NCBI RefSeq assembly: GCF_036971445.1
Contig: NC_091470.1
Span: 258,044,001-258,108,000 of the forward strand
Source: Narcine bancroftii
Taxonomy: Eukaryota
Length of the DNA: 64,000 nt
Direction of reading: 5' to 3'
Both the position numbers and the translations under genes were made by a program. The notes under the pieces are model-generated. The model saw nothing but the letters and a program-made list of their open reading frames with translations. It ran no database searches and had not been told where the DNA came from. How positions within the stretch are numbered: the first letter of the stretch is position 1; every line of letters begins with the position of its first letter. This document shows positions 51,401 to 63,550 of this stretch, one piece after another.

Positions 51401-52880
51401 AAAAAGAAACGTTACTGTAGCATGAGGGGGTATGACTGGAAAGTGGTAGCATTGGCCAAGTGGCATCTTTTCATGTCTACCAGGAGCTCGTATGCCTGGA
51501 GGAAATCAGCTCTGAGGAGGGCTTGACCAACGGACGCAATCATCCACTTCCAATGGAAAACAGTTCCTGTGGCAGACAAGTTCCAAAACTTGGAATGGAG
51601 GGGCAGTTGGCTGCCAGTAGGGGGAGGTCCTTAGTACTGTGCTTGAGCTTGAAGTACGTAGGCAGGATGAGGCTTATCTCTACACCAATGTTGACTTGGA
51701 AATCCCTCCTTCTCTGCTGGTCCCTCAAGGTAAAGTAGGCCTTTATGTGTGCCAACCTCCAAGGCCACTATCAGCGGCTGGCCTGTTTGTTTCCCGTCAC
51801 CGCGCTTGACTTGGCGATGAGGTACAAGCATGGAGGGACACACCGCTGGGCATTGCGGCTTCATCTGCAGTGGTAGAAACAGTCAACACTCTGTTTGTCT
51901 GAGCATTCGTTACATTACGGTTGGGCTGTGGCTACTGCTGGTGGAACCAACGGAAGGGAAACCCCTGGCCCAGGGACTGAGCTGGAGGCACCAACGGCAT
52001 AGATTGGTTGCAAATGTATTGAGCTCTGCTGTGGGGTGTGGAAAAGTCTGTCTGCTTCCCTGGCTACCAGGTGTGGGGCCCTAAAGCCCATGGCTGATAT
52101 TGCGGAAGAAGCTTGGAGAGGAACAGGGCTTCGAACAAGAAACAGTTTGTGTGCTCATCATGCATGAGCTCGGAGGGGTTTCTATTGCCCAGGCCTTGCA
52201 TATTCAGGATGTAGACGGTGTGTTTGTGCCAGATGAGTTCCACGGTATCAAGGAGGAAATGCCAGAAATGTTCGTACTTGCACTCCATTGGAGGATTTTC
52301 AATGAAGGAGTTTACTTTGGCTGCGGTAGCAGCATCCAGCGCATTGACAACGTGCCAGAACTTGGTGTCCTCCGAGATAACGCCTCTGACCAGTTCCTGG
52401 GCTGGTTGGCCCAGAAGGGTGGCAAATGCACACCCACAGCATTGGTCACAGCCGTGGTTGCGATTGTAGCAGCATCCTGCATTTTGTCGCATTCGAGGTG
52501 GGTTCCAAAGACGTTGGAACCTTCACGGTCACCACTGTAGCATCTGCTAACGGCAGCACTGCTGAAATGAAATACGTCCACATACACACGAGGGTGAACC
52601 AGTAAATGACTTAATTTGAATTTCATGTGATGCTTTAATGGTATGGGCCACTTCCTGTCTGGAACGTGTTGGTCTGTGGGAGTGACGTCAGAGTGTTGCG
52701 GAGTCACTCCCTGCTCAGTGCTACATGGCCAGGAAGTGGCAACATTATCTAGGCAATGCGTGTTGCCAAACGCAGGCTTCTCCTGAGAAGGGAAGGGGGT
52801 CCCATGCTATCTTGTGTCAACTGACTGGAGCGGCAATTCGGTCCGTCTAACCACACAAACACTTGGCCCACTACCCCTCA
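48466..52880 (-). mobile_element. Full-structure but decayed Gypsy element B (CsRn1-like): gag, PR, RT, RH, IN
   Basis: LTRs 48466-48816 and 52536 to about 52880; PBS TGGTGACC; PPT ggggaggg. Gag HLPPFWANQP and CFYHCR*SRNAQRCVPPC; RT MPFGLKNAAQ and YLDDIL; IN YLFTIVDRF. Confidence 0.93.
52527..52534 (-). promoter_or_regulatory. Primer-binding site, tRNA-Trp type
   Basis: Minus strand reads LTR-end gctaca-g-TGGTGACC, complementary to the tRNA-Trp 3' end. Confidence 0.75.
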
Positions 52881-53594
52881 TCAATTTCTTTTCAAATAGA
52901 TATAGATTTGGTTTGACAAACAACAGATTTACCATAATTTGACTGGTGTGGGTGTATGCTGAGGAGAGGGGGAGGGTGCATTTCTCAGCACCAGAGTACA
53001 CTGTTGAACATTTGGAAAATTATTGCTTTTCCACAGAAGTGATCCAACTTGGATTTCACTGCACATCTCTTAATGTTCCGCAAGACAGCTGAATGAAAAC
53101 AGCTATTATTTGCTGCTTAGTAATAAACTATTAATATAGTCTGAAGTTTTTACATGGTCTGGAGACATAAGCTTTAAATCAATGCACTGCATTTTTCATT
53201 ACATAAACATGGAAGCAAGAACGCATGAATGTAACCTTTTAGGAGGACAGTGCAATTTCTGTACAATAAAATGTAATATAATTAAGCTGAGGATTCATTT
53301 TATACCCTGCACACAAAATTTGTAAAGCTGAATTTTCTTTGATGTATGATAAATCCGCTGGCATACTTAATAAAACTTAAATTGCACAGGACACTTGTAA
53401 AGTTAGGGCTTGTCACAAAAAATGAAATAAAGGGAATGCACACAATGACTCAAAGGAATGGAATACTAATGTGGAGGCCAATTCAGGATGGCACAGGATT
53501 GCTGAGAGAGCACAGATCATGCTGGCAATAGTGACATGTTCACATTCAAGTATTGGGGCATTTGAAAGCTCAGTGTGGATAGTGTGACTGATTA

Positions 53595-53997
53595 TGTTAT
53601 ATTTTATAATGTATATGTTTTAAAGGAGATAAATTGTGTTTTTTTTTAGTTAGGTCACAAAAAGATACAAACACTTCACAACACAGATCTCATTTAAAAA
53701 TGCCGGAGCTCAGCTCAAACCAGACAGTCCAGGCACTGAGTGCCTTTGCAAAAACTTTGAAGAATGCCTATAGAGACTTCACACGTAGGTGTTGAGAGGA
53801 TATTCTGTGGAGTAATGGATTATTGTTTTGGAAAGCAACAGATGAATGGACTCAGAAGATTAGGTCCAGTACCGCAGTCTATCTGAATGCAGTTTGCTGT
53901 TCTGGGAAGGTCATGTGGTTTTGCAAGCAGAGAGGGTCAAACAGGTTTTTCTCCGAGAGAGAGAGAGAGAGAGAGAATTCAGTTCTACAGTCAGCAG
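53595..53997 (+). mobile_element. Truncated LTR related to 3007-4009
   Basis: Colinear with the reverse complement of about 3655-4009 (ggagataaattg, tacaaacactt, acagatct, agagacttcac, gtcaaacagg, GA run). Confidence 0.75.
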
Positions 53998-54282
53998 GAC
54001 CCCATTAGTTTGGGTGTAAAAAAAAATGTTGCCTTTGAATTCACTCTACTTACACTTTAAGCAGGTACCTGATGAGGTGCCCCTTAAAAGATGCTGTGAA
54101 AGATAATCCTCATGATGACAGGATAGCACATTGGTGTAGATAGAATACTGGCTGGCTAACAGGAAACAAAACTGACATATCAGCCATGTTCTAATTAAAT
54201 GGCCTGCTCCTATGGTCACATGCTTCTCTGTTGCCTAAAACGTGGGAGTTCCTCAAGTATGCTGGTTAATATTTAATCTGTA

Positions 54283-55010
54283 CAGGTTCCTAACCTTTTA
54301 TCCAAGATTCTGAAAACTGGCAACCTCCATCGCTTTTTTCAGTAGATGACATCTGAAGATGTAGTTTGGCGCCAAACATGATCTGACACGACCTTCGCTC
54401 AACTCCCATGTATCCCATCACGTTCTATGTCGCTACTTAGTGGTACCATTACTTTATAAGTTCCCTACCTGTCGAGCATGACCCTCGCTCAACTCATGCT
54501 GGAATATCCCGTGTTGTTCTGCTTCAAAACCACCGCATACTGACATCCATCCAGCTTTCAGTCGGCCTGGCAGTGACAGTTCAGTAGCCGTTGTCGCTAC
54601 CCATATTCCCCCACACAGCTGATACTGTTGTACCAGCACCAGCACAGAGGAACTGAGAAAGGGGCCATTCCCCTGGTTCTGGTATAGCAGCGGGGAGGAG
54701 AGCGAAACGGCAGCTTGGCTCGGGTGGGCGAAGGGGGCAGAGACTTCAGCATGACTTGGGCGGGCAAGGGGGGAGAGATGGCAGCGCGACTCAAACCGGC
54801 AAGGGGGAAAGATGGCAGCATGGCTTGGTTGAGCAGGGAGGGGAGAGACACAGTATGGCTTGGGCGGGCGAGGAAGGGGAAAGAGAGGGCAGCGCAACTC
54901 AGGTGGGCAGGCTTAAGGGACTGAAATCAAAATGATTCTAAAATCCAGAAGATTCTGAACAACGATGGGTATCCTGACCTGACGATCCTGGATAAAAGGT
55001 TAGGCACCTT
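54283..55010. mobile_element. Tigger/pogo-type MITE (728 bp) with an internal G-rich tandem array (about 54700-54900)
   Basis: TA|caggttcctaaccttttatccaagat ... atcctggataaaaggttaggcacctt|TA. Confidence 0.85.
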
Positions 55011-55104
55011 TATCAAATTGCTATTTGTGAGAGCTTTCTATATGCAAATTGCTGCAATATTTATGACATTTTTATCAGTGGATATACTTTAAAAATGCTT
55101 CATT

Positions 55105-55585
55105 ATCAGATTTATTGTCAGAGTTTATGCATAACATCACATACAAGCCTGAGATTCTTTTCCTGCGGGCAAGGCAAAATTACCACTTATTGGTAGAGCA
55201 AAAAAACTGTACTTAGCATGAACAGTTTGTTTACATGTGTAAAAGAGAGAAAAAAGTCAATGAAGTGCAAAGGTAAGAGTCCTTAAATGAGTCCCTGATT
55301 GAATTTGTTGTTGAGGAGTCTGATGGTGAAGGGGTAGCCGCTCTTCCTGAACCTGGTGGTGCGAGTCTCTTTCCTGATGGTAGCAACGAAAACAGTGGGT
55401 GCTGGGTGGTGTGAATCCTTGATGATTGCTGCTGCTCTCCGATAGCAGCATTCCCTGTAGATGTTCTCGATTGTAGGGAGGGTTTTGCCTGTGATGTCCT
55501 GGGCTGTGTCCACTACCTTTTACGGGGCTTTACCCTCAGGGGTATTGGTGTCCCCATACCAGACCATGATGCAGCCAGTCTGGTA
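55105..55585 (-). mobile_element. Rex1/Babar 3' end
   Basis: DTAQDITGKTLPTIENIYRECCYRRAAAIIKDSHHP; same family as 25660 and 59670. Confidence 0.88.
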
Positions 55586-56659
55586 TGCATTAGGACATCT
55601 TGAAAATGCAAGGAAGGGTTCCATTTAAGCGTCTGTTTTTCTTGTATCTGAACTTGAATATAGAGAGCACAGTCTGAAACTGGCTGCCTGCTCAGTAGTA
55701 AGTGCTTTGGCAGACTGTAAATGTCTTGGAAAACTATGGGATATTTTATTGAAAAGGCCACAACGGGTGGAAGATGCATCACAATATTTGGGGAGGAGTT
55801 TGAAAGACATCAGCTGTAGATGAGAAATTATGTTAAATTATTCCAATACATAAATTCCCTGTAAGTAAGCGTACATATGGAGAAATCTGTAAAAGGTTAA
55901 TAACATCTGCGATTTTACAAATAAAGATATACTGAGCAGGACTGCTAATAAGGAAAATGTATAGACTGTCGTGTGCTGGATGCGAGTGAGTGAACAGACT
56001 GGAGACACAGACTGTGAGCTCTAAAGTTGCAGCAGAAATGCACACCAACTTCCGTGGTGGAGCAGAAGAGATGGAAGAGCATCGCCATCTCTGCCGCGAC
56101 TGCCCTGCCGACCACGCGGAACAAGCGGGGTCGGTTTGTCGCGGCAAGACTGTGATTCAGTCAGTTTATTTGGAATGAAATGCTTCCAGAGATGAAGATT
56201 GCTCCATCTGATGCTTTACTGAGAGAAGGAAACATAAAGGTTTGCACAAGTTATACTGTAGCTAAAATAGGAATGAAATGTGTTATTAGTTTCAAATTAT
56301 TTCAATTGTTTCTGTCAGCAATTAGTAACCGATTATTGTGCAGCAGACTAAATACAGGTAAGGAAAATAATTTTCCATTGACCTCAGATAAAGAAAGCTT
56401 TCCGCAAAGATCTGGTAAAACATGGTGAGAACTTCTCCCCTTCCATCATTGATTGGACTTAGGCATCCAGCATCAAGGTGGTGGAAGAGCCAACAGATCG
56501 AAGAGTTCCCACAGAAGCAAACCAAAAGTTTTAATTAACCTAGTAAGCATTCCACTGATAATACGTAAAGATTGAATCTTCAGGTGTATCAGGTGTAGAT
56601 ACAGACGTATCCTAAAGATGTTTTTAAATGAAATTATTTTTAAAGTACGTATAGTAAGA

Positions 56660-59385
56660 AATCTAGAACGTAGAACAATACAGCACAGTAAAGGCACTGC
56701 GCCCCTTGATGTTGTGCCAACCCATATATCCCTTCCTTAAAAAAAGTACTAAACCCTCCCTACCCCGTAACCCTCTATTTTCCTTTCATCATGTGTCTGT
56801 CTAAGTCTCTTAAATGCCCCCAATGTTTCATCTTACACTACCATTCCCAGCAAGGCATTCCAGACACCCACAACTCTCTGTGTAAAAAAAATTAAAAGTA
56901 CCCCTGATGTCTCCCCTAAACTTCCATCCCTTAACTTTGTAGATATGTCCTCTGGTGTTTGCTGATCCTGCTGAGAAACAGGAGCTGGCTGTCCACCCTA
57001 GCTATGCCTCTCATAATCTTGTAGACCTCTATCAAGTCTCCTCTCATCCTTCTACACTCCAAAGTGAAAAGTCCCATCTCTGCTAACCTTGCCTCATAAG
57101 ACTTGTTTCCAAATCCAGGCAACATCCTGGTAAATCTCCTCTTCACCCTCTCCATAGCTTCCTCATCCTTTCTATAATGAGGTGACCAGATCTGAGCACA
57201 ATACCAAAGATTTGTAGAGTTGCAACATGACTTCTCTATTCCTGAATTCAATCCCCCTGTTAATGAATCCCAGCATCCCATAGGCCTTCTTAACTATCCT
57301 ATCAACCTGTGTGGCGACATTGAGGGATGTATGGATTTGCACCCTAAGGTCCCTCTGTTCATCCACAAGTAACCGACCATTAACCCTGTACTCAGTCTTC
57401 TGGTTAGTTCTTCTAAAATGCATCACCCCACACTTACCCAGATTAAAATCCATCTGCCACTTTTCTGCCCAACTCTGCATCCTATCTGTATCATCTTGTA
57501 ACCTTCAACAACCTTCAGCTTCATCCACAACTCCTCCAACCTTTGTGTCATCCACAAACTTACTGACCAATTCATCCGCTTCTTCATCCAGGTCATTTAT
57601 ATAAATCACAAAGAGCAAGGGTCCCAGAACAGATCTCTGCGGCACTCCGCTAGTTACCGACCTCCAGGCAGAATACTTTCCTTCAACTACTACTCTCTGC
57701 TTTCTTCCTACAAGCCAATTTTTTATTCATACAGATAATTTTCCATTGTCCCTTGACTCATGACTTTCTGAATGAGTCTCTTATGGGGGACCTTGTCAAA
57801 AACCTTGCTAAAACCCACGTAGACCATATCTACTGCCCTACCCTCATTAATTTCTTTTGTTACCTCCTCAAAAAACACTCGTGAGGCATGACCATCCCTT
57901 CACAAAGCCATGCTGACTATCCTTGGGTAGACTGTATTTCTCCAAATCCTCATAGATCCTATCCTTAAGAATCCTCTCTATTAGTTTACACACCACTGAC
58001 ACAAGACTCCCAAGTCTATAATTCCCAGGATTCTCCCTGTTACCTTTTTTAAACATTTTCCATCCTCCAGCACCTCCCCTGCAGCCAAAGAGGATTCAAA
58101 GATCATAGCTATTGTCCCAGCTATCTCTTCTCTCACTTCCCACAGCAGCCTGGGATATATCGCATTACGCCCCAGGGACTTGTCAATTTTGATGTTTTTA
58201 GGAAGATCCAATACTTTCATTTCCTTAATTTCCACATTGTCCAGCACATAGGCCTTTTCAATTTCAAAGTCACTGTGACCAAGACCCTTTTCTCTTGTGA
58301 TTACTGATCCAAAGTTCATTTAGGACCTCCCCAACCTCCTCCGCCTCCAGGCACATGTTGCCTCCTTAATCCTTTAGCGGCCCCACCTTCATTCTCGTCA
58401 TCCTTCTGTTCTTTACACATGCTTGGAATGCCTTGGGGTTCTCCTTAATTTTACATTCCATGCCCCCTTTGAACTCTCCTAAGTCCTTTCTTAAGCTCCT
58501 TCTGGCTACCATATACTTCTCCTGAGCCCTTCCTGTTCCCTGCTTCCTATATCTAATGTATGTTTACTTCTTCCTCTTGACTTGTTGCCTGACCTGTTTT
58601 GTCAGCCACGGTTCCCTTTTCCTACCATCTTTTCCTTGTCCCAGTGGGACAAACTGATCTTGAGCCCCGCTCACGTGGTCCCTAAACTTCCTCCACAATA
58701 CTTCTATGCTTTCATCTTTAAACTGTTTCAAATTTATTCTCGCTAGTTCCTCCTTCATCCCTTCATAATTGGCCCTTCCCAAGTTCAGCACTTTTCCAGT
58801 TTGACTGTTTATATCGTTTTCCATGGCTATGTTGAAATTAAGGGAGTAGTGGCCACACTCACCAAAATGCTCCCCCACTGAGAGGTCCACCACCTGACCA
58901 GGTTCATTCTCCAGAACCAGTTCCAGTATGGCCTTGCCTCTAGTTGGCCAGTCCACATCCTGTGTCAGGAATCATTCTTGTACACACTTGATAAATTCTG
59001 CCCCTTCTATCCCTCTTGCAATCAGTAGGTGCCAGTCAATATTAGGGAAGTTGAAATCCCCCATAACTACAACCCTGTATTTCTCACACCATTCTAAAAT
59101 CTGTTGCTTATCTGCTCCTTCGTGTCCCAAGGGCTTTTTGTGGGCCAAAAGAGTAGTCCCAGCACAGTGATAGCTCCCTTTCTATTTCTGACTTACACCC
59201 ACACCTACTCAGTGGACACTTCCTCTACAGTGTTCTACTTTTCTATTGCTGCGATACTATCCCTGACCAGTAATGCTAATCTCTCTCCCATCCTATTCTT
59301 TTTAAAACACTTAAACCCATGTACCTGCATCAGTCAATCTTGCCCTTCCTCCAGCCAAGTTTCAATAATGGCCACAACATTGGAG
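56660..59385 (-). mobile_element. CR1 LINE, most of ORF2, decayed
   Basis: Endonuclease VMGDFNFP and PTRGKAILELVL; RT SQHGFVKG and KFVDDTK; RRMRGDLIEVYK; (tagaac)n tail. Confidence 0.92.
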
Positions 59386-59669
59386 CAATTTACTCTATAT
59401 TATTTTTAGGGTTGCGTAGTTTTCCAAGTGTGATTTAGCTTAATAATACCTATAAAAGCTCAACTGGATCTCAGTACAGAAAAGCAGATTTTCTAGTTAT
59501 TTCACAGCCAAAATGAATTCCAGTTACTAACCATAGTTGTGTTGAAGAAAATCACAAACCTTATCGATTATGGAAAGGGTCTGATTCAGTAACACATGCT
59601 CAGGATTTCTGATTTGAACTTCATAAGTTGGTGGGTTATATAAAAGGGCCGATGAGTCAGCATACAGGA

Positions 59670-60437
59670 GGGTGAAAACTTGGCTGAACAGTGCACCAAC
59701 AGCACCAGAGGTATATGATCCAGTGGTCATTGGGAGATCAGAGGTGGAGAGGGTGAGCAAGTTTAAATTCTTGGGAGTCACTATCTCAGAGGATCTTTCC
59801 TGGACCCAACACATGAATGGCATTGTGAAGAAGGCACATCAGCGCCTCTTCCTCAGAAGTTTGCGGAGATTTGGTATGATATTGGAAATCCTGGAACATT
59901 TCTTCAGATGTTTAGTTGAAAATGTGCTGACCGGCTGCATCATGGTCTAGTATGGACACACCAATACCCCTGAGCATAAAGCCCTGCCCAGGCTAGTGGA
60001 CACAGCCCAGGACATCACAGGCAGAACTCTCCCCACCATCAAGAAAATCTACGGGGAACACTGCTGTCAGAGAGCAGCAGCAATCATCAAGGATCCACAT
60101 CACCCAGTATATGCTCCGTTCTCGCTGCCGCCATCAAGAAAGAGTTATCGGTACCACAAGACTCGCACCACCAGGCTCAGGAGCAGCTGCTCCCCTCCAC
60201 CATCGGACTCCTCAACGACAAACTCAATCAGGGACTCAGTTAAGAACTCTTAACACTTAATTGATTTGGTTTCTTCTCTGCACAGATTGTTTACATTTAT
60301 TGATTTGTTTACATGTGCACATTCAGTACAGTTTTTTTTTTGCACTACCAATAAGTGGTAATTCTGCCTCACCCGCAGGAAAAAGAATCTCAGGATTGTA
60401 TGTGACATAATGTATGTACTCTGACAATAAATCTGAA
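59670..60437 (+). mobile_element. Rex1/Babar 3' part
   Basis: VERVSKFKFLGVTISEDLSWTQH..KKAHQRLF; gacaataaatctgaa tail. Confidence 0.9.
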
Positions 60438-61614
60438 AAGTGCGCAAGAGACAGAGATTGCTATCAATTTCACAGCAAAAACCGATCATTTTACTGTCAT
60501 TGTTTTTTTGAAAAATTCAAGATATTGCTCCTTCCTTTGTGTTGAACTGTTAAAGCATTAGCTGAATGCTGTATTTCACCAACAGATGTCACAGTCTGAA
60601 TATTTAAGCTGATTGGTATTACTCTAACAAAGTGGACCATCTCCTTTAACTGATTTGCAGCGTATGAACAGGCACCCATTTTTTAGATGGGGCACTGCAA
60701 GCAAATAGGAAATTAAGTCATTACATATTAATGACCAGTTTAAAGGTCACTTAGTCGAAGTTGGAGATTGACAAGGGTTAGATATTGCACATTTGATGCA
60801 TTTCATTCCGCTGCAATCCCACTTGAATGTTTATGTAGCCTTGGCTATCTGATCATTTCCCCCTCCCATTTATCCGTATTTCTCTAGGATGGTCCGTAGC
60901 TCCATCAAGCTGGGAAGGGTAAGGGTGGGGGAGGAGTCAATGAAAGACTAAGATTGCCAAGTGTCACCGCAGACTTCCAGGTACATTTGACAGTGCCCAT
61001 ACCTATGTCAAGAACCTTTCTGGTTAATATTCCAGTGCATTATTTTACGTGAAAATATTTTTCTTCAGCCTTTCCCCCAACATGAGCTCCTGAAGTACTC
61101 AGTGCATCTGGAAAGGCATCCTAACTCTCTATGAAGCTTCCCATGTTGAGAGTCCATACTGTCCTCATTCCTAGGTTTGTATCGAGAAGGCCTAAAGATT
61201 TTGCAAGAGTGTCCTATGCCTCATTTTCCTTTATTTTCGCCTGTCTCATGCTCAGAGAGCCCCTGAAAGATGAAGGAATACAATGGTGGTATTTGTTCTA
61301 AAATCCATTCAGGCATCTGCTTTGTAAAGAGGATTGGATCATGTCCTTACAAGAGAATTGAATATGACCCTGGGCTAAACTAACAAAGGCTATCAGAGCC
61401 CTCCAAATGTTTGTGCATTAGTTCAAGATGTGCTTTTCAAATTAGATTAAAAATATAAACTAAGCTAATATAGTGGATATACTGCTATAACTACTGTCAT
61501 TTTGGATTTTTTTTTTGGAAATTTGTTGTCATGACTCCATTAATGTGAAACAGATGTCTTTTTAGTGTTGGATAAGATTTCACTTTCTGATTTCTGTTTT
61601 TTCTTTCTTTTCAG

Positions 61615-61639
61615 ACCTGAAGACTACCGAATGAAGTGA
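61615..61639 (+). CDS. MRPL13: MRPL13 terminal coding exon, (L)PEDYRMK*
   Basis: Long pyrimidine tract ttctgttttttctttcttttcag| followed by a cct gaa gac tac cga atg aag tga; matches the conserved PEDYR C-terminus and the phase of the upstream exon. Confidence 0.93.
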
Positions 61640-61708
61640 AAACAATTCCCAAAAGAAAATGGAGATAATAGAATAATCTATTTATTTTTCACAGTTCTGG
61701 TTTTCAGA

Positions 61709-61855
61709 ATTAAAAGTGGCTTATTTCCACAACCTCCCTCTGATGTGAATCTTAATTTGCAACAAGCACTCCACATGTATCTGGTTCACAGCTGATTTTG
61801 TTAAGTGACAGAGTGGAAAAGAAACTTGGAGCAAAGTGATTTAACAGTGAATAAA
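61709..61855 (+). terminator. MRPL13: Candidate MRPL13 polyadenylation signals (ATTAAA 61709-61714; AATAAA 61850-61855)
   Basis: Hexamers about 70 and 210 nt after the stop codon; usage not shown by sequence. Confidence 0.5.
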
Positions 61856-63550
61856 AGGAGTGAGATAGGACAGTAAAAGTGAATTGATGATAGGAGAGGG
61901 GAAGATGCATGCTAAAGCTTTCTACACACTTCCACAAACATCTCTTCATTTTTTATTTTTATCTTGTGCATTTGTTAATATCAGGTTAAATGGGGAGAAC
62001 CTTGTGTCAGCGGTGAACTCCAGCTCTTGGGCCAGACGACTGGGGTCATACAGGACTATTTGTTCTCCACCCTGGAGAGGGTTTCCTTGCCATCTCCTTG
62101 AGCTATTTTGCTAGAGGTCAGCGTGCACCATACCTTCCTCAAGGCTCAGTGGAATCAACATTGTTGATCCAAACGTTTTTGTGACCATTCTCATTGCCCC
62201 ACATTATATCCATCATTGTCCCTCAGCTTTCAAATCGCGGCTACAACAACAAGGAGGCGTGTCCAACCAATTGGCTTGTAGGAGCATCTGAGCCAGTAAA
62301 TGTGAAACAAGGTCAGTGACAAAGGTCTGCTGAAGCCCATTGAGCCATGCAGTCAGTCCTCTGTGCCTTTTATTTCATGCACTGTGTAATACAATTTAGT
62401 CGAAGAAAGCTTTTTTAAAAATAATGCAAATTTGAACCTGATGCCTCCTTAAAGAACAGACAGACATGAAGATATTTGGCTGTCGTTTGAGCAGACAAGT
62501 TGGAGAGCTCCAAATTTCAGAATTCCTTGTTAAACAGTTGGTGACTAATTCTGTGGTTAAAGCTCTGTATTCAAGCCACAGGAAAGCAGACGATTGCAGT
62601 CTGTAAGACGGCAGGAGAGAGAAGTGTGAAGTTTCACTGGTAGTATGCAGGGCAAATTTTGGATTTATGCAACCTCTGGTGTCACTTTTAAAGTCTGAGC
62701 CTTGCTGAGCAGAGGATAGGGTGTAGTTCGAAGTCTGACAATTTCTGGCACGTGCTTCTCTCAGCAGTCCACTAAGCTGATGCCAGCCTCAGCCAATGCA
62801 CTCAGCAGTGGCAGCCAGAAATAATAGAGCAGGGTTTCTTCATTCATGCAGCCGAGCTGCAGCGTTGCTTCTTTGGGCAGACACAGCCTTGCTCAAGCAA
62901 CAGTAGTGAAAATCATAACTTCTCTCTGTGGGTAGCACTTCAGATCAGAAGGTGGTGTGTTTGAGACTCTTTCCAGATGTTGGAGTAGAATAACCCAGGG
63001 TGATACACTGGAGTCCCAAAGGAGTACCCCTCACCAGACAAGGCAGCATGAGCACCTTCAGATCAATAGATCCTGTGGCATTGTCTTGAGGTGGGTACTC
63101 ACTGACATCCTGGGTGAAAACAATCCCTCAATTAACACCAGAAAGTGGATTATCCAGTCAACAATCACATTAAATGACTGGACTGACCACCTTTCTGAAA
63201 AGGCACTTCCTTGGTGGAAACATACCTTAGAATTTCCTGCAATGGTGAAAGAAGTGCTAGAAATGGACTTCTTTTTAACAGGCTTTGTTGTCTTATCCAC
63301 CAGTACCTCAAAAGTAACTGTCAAGTGAAGAACAGCAATAAGAGGTGAGTAATATGAGCACTGAATGTTGATTACTTTTGTTGGGAAATTATAAGGTATT
63401 TCGGACATTTTCAGCATATGCTTAACAAAAGTGACGTCATTGATCAGGCTTGGCAGCTGATCACATCAAATCAGTCTCAAACAGGAAAAAATTAGTTTCT
63501 ATAAACATTTTATCTGTCTTATCAAACATAAAGTACAGGTTGGAGCAAGG

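Larger units (their letters stand above)
14569..61614 (+). other. MRPL13: MRPL13 last intron, 47,046 bp, GT-AG, phase 2
   Basis: Split codon CT|A (Leu) joins WT to PEDYR in frame. Confidence 0.9.

Noticed and set aside
55990-56178. 62-aa ORF with CxxC as a nested gene
   Set aside because: No recognisable homology or convincing splice signals; the region is kept only as a non-coding finding.
61900-63550. COL14A1 exons or other coding sequence downstream of MRPL13
   Set aside because: No Gly-X-Y or other recognisable coding signal; the ORFs at 62957 and 63058 look random.
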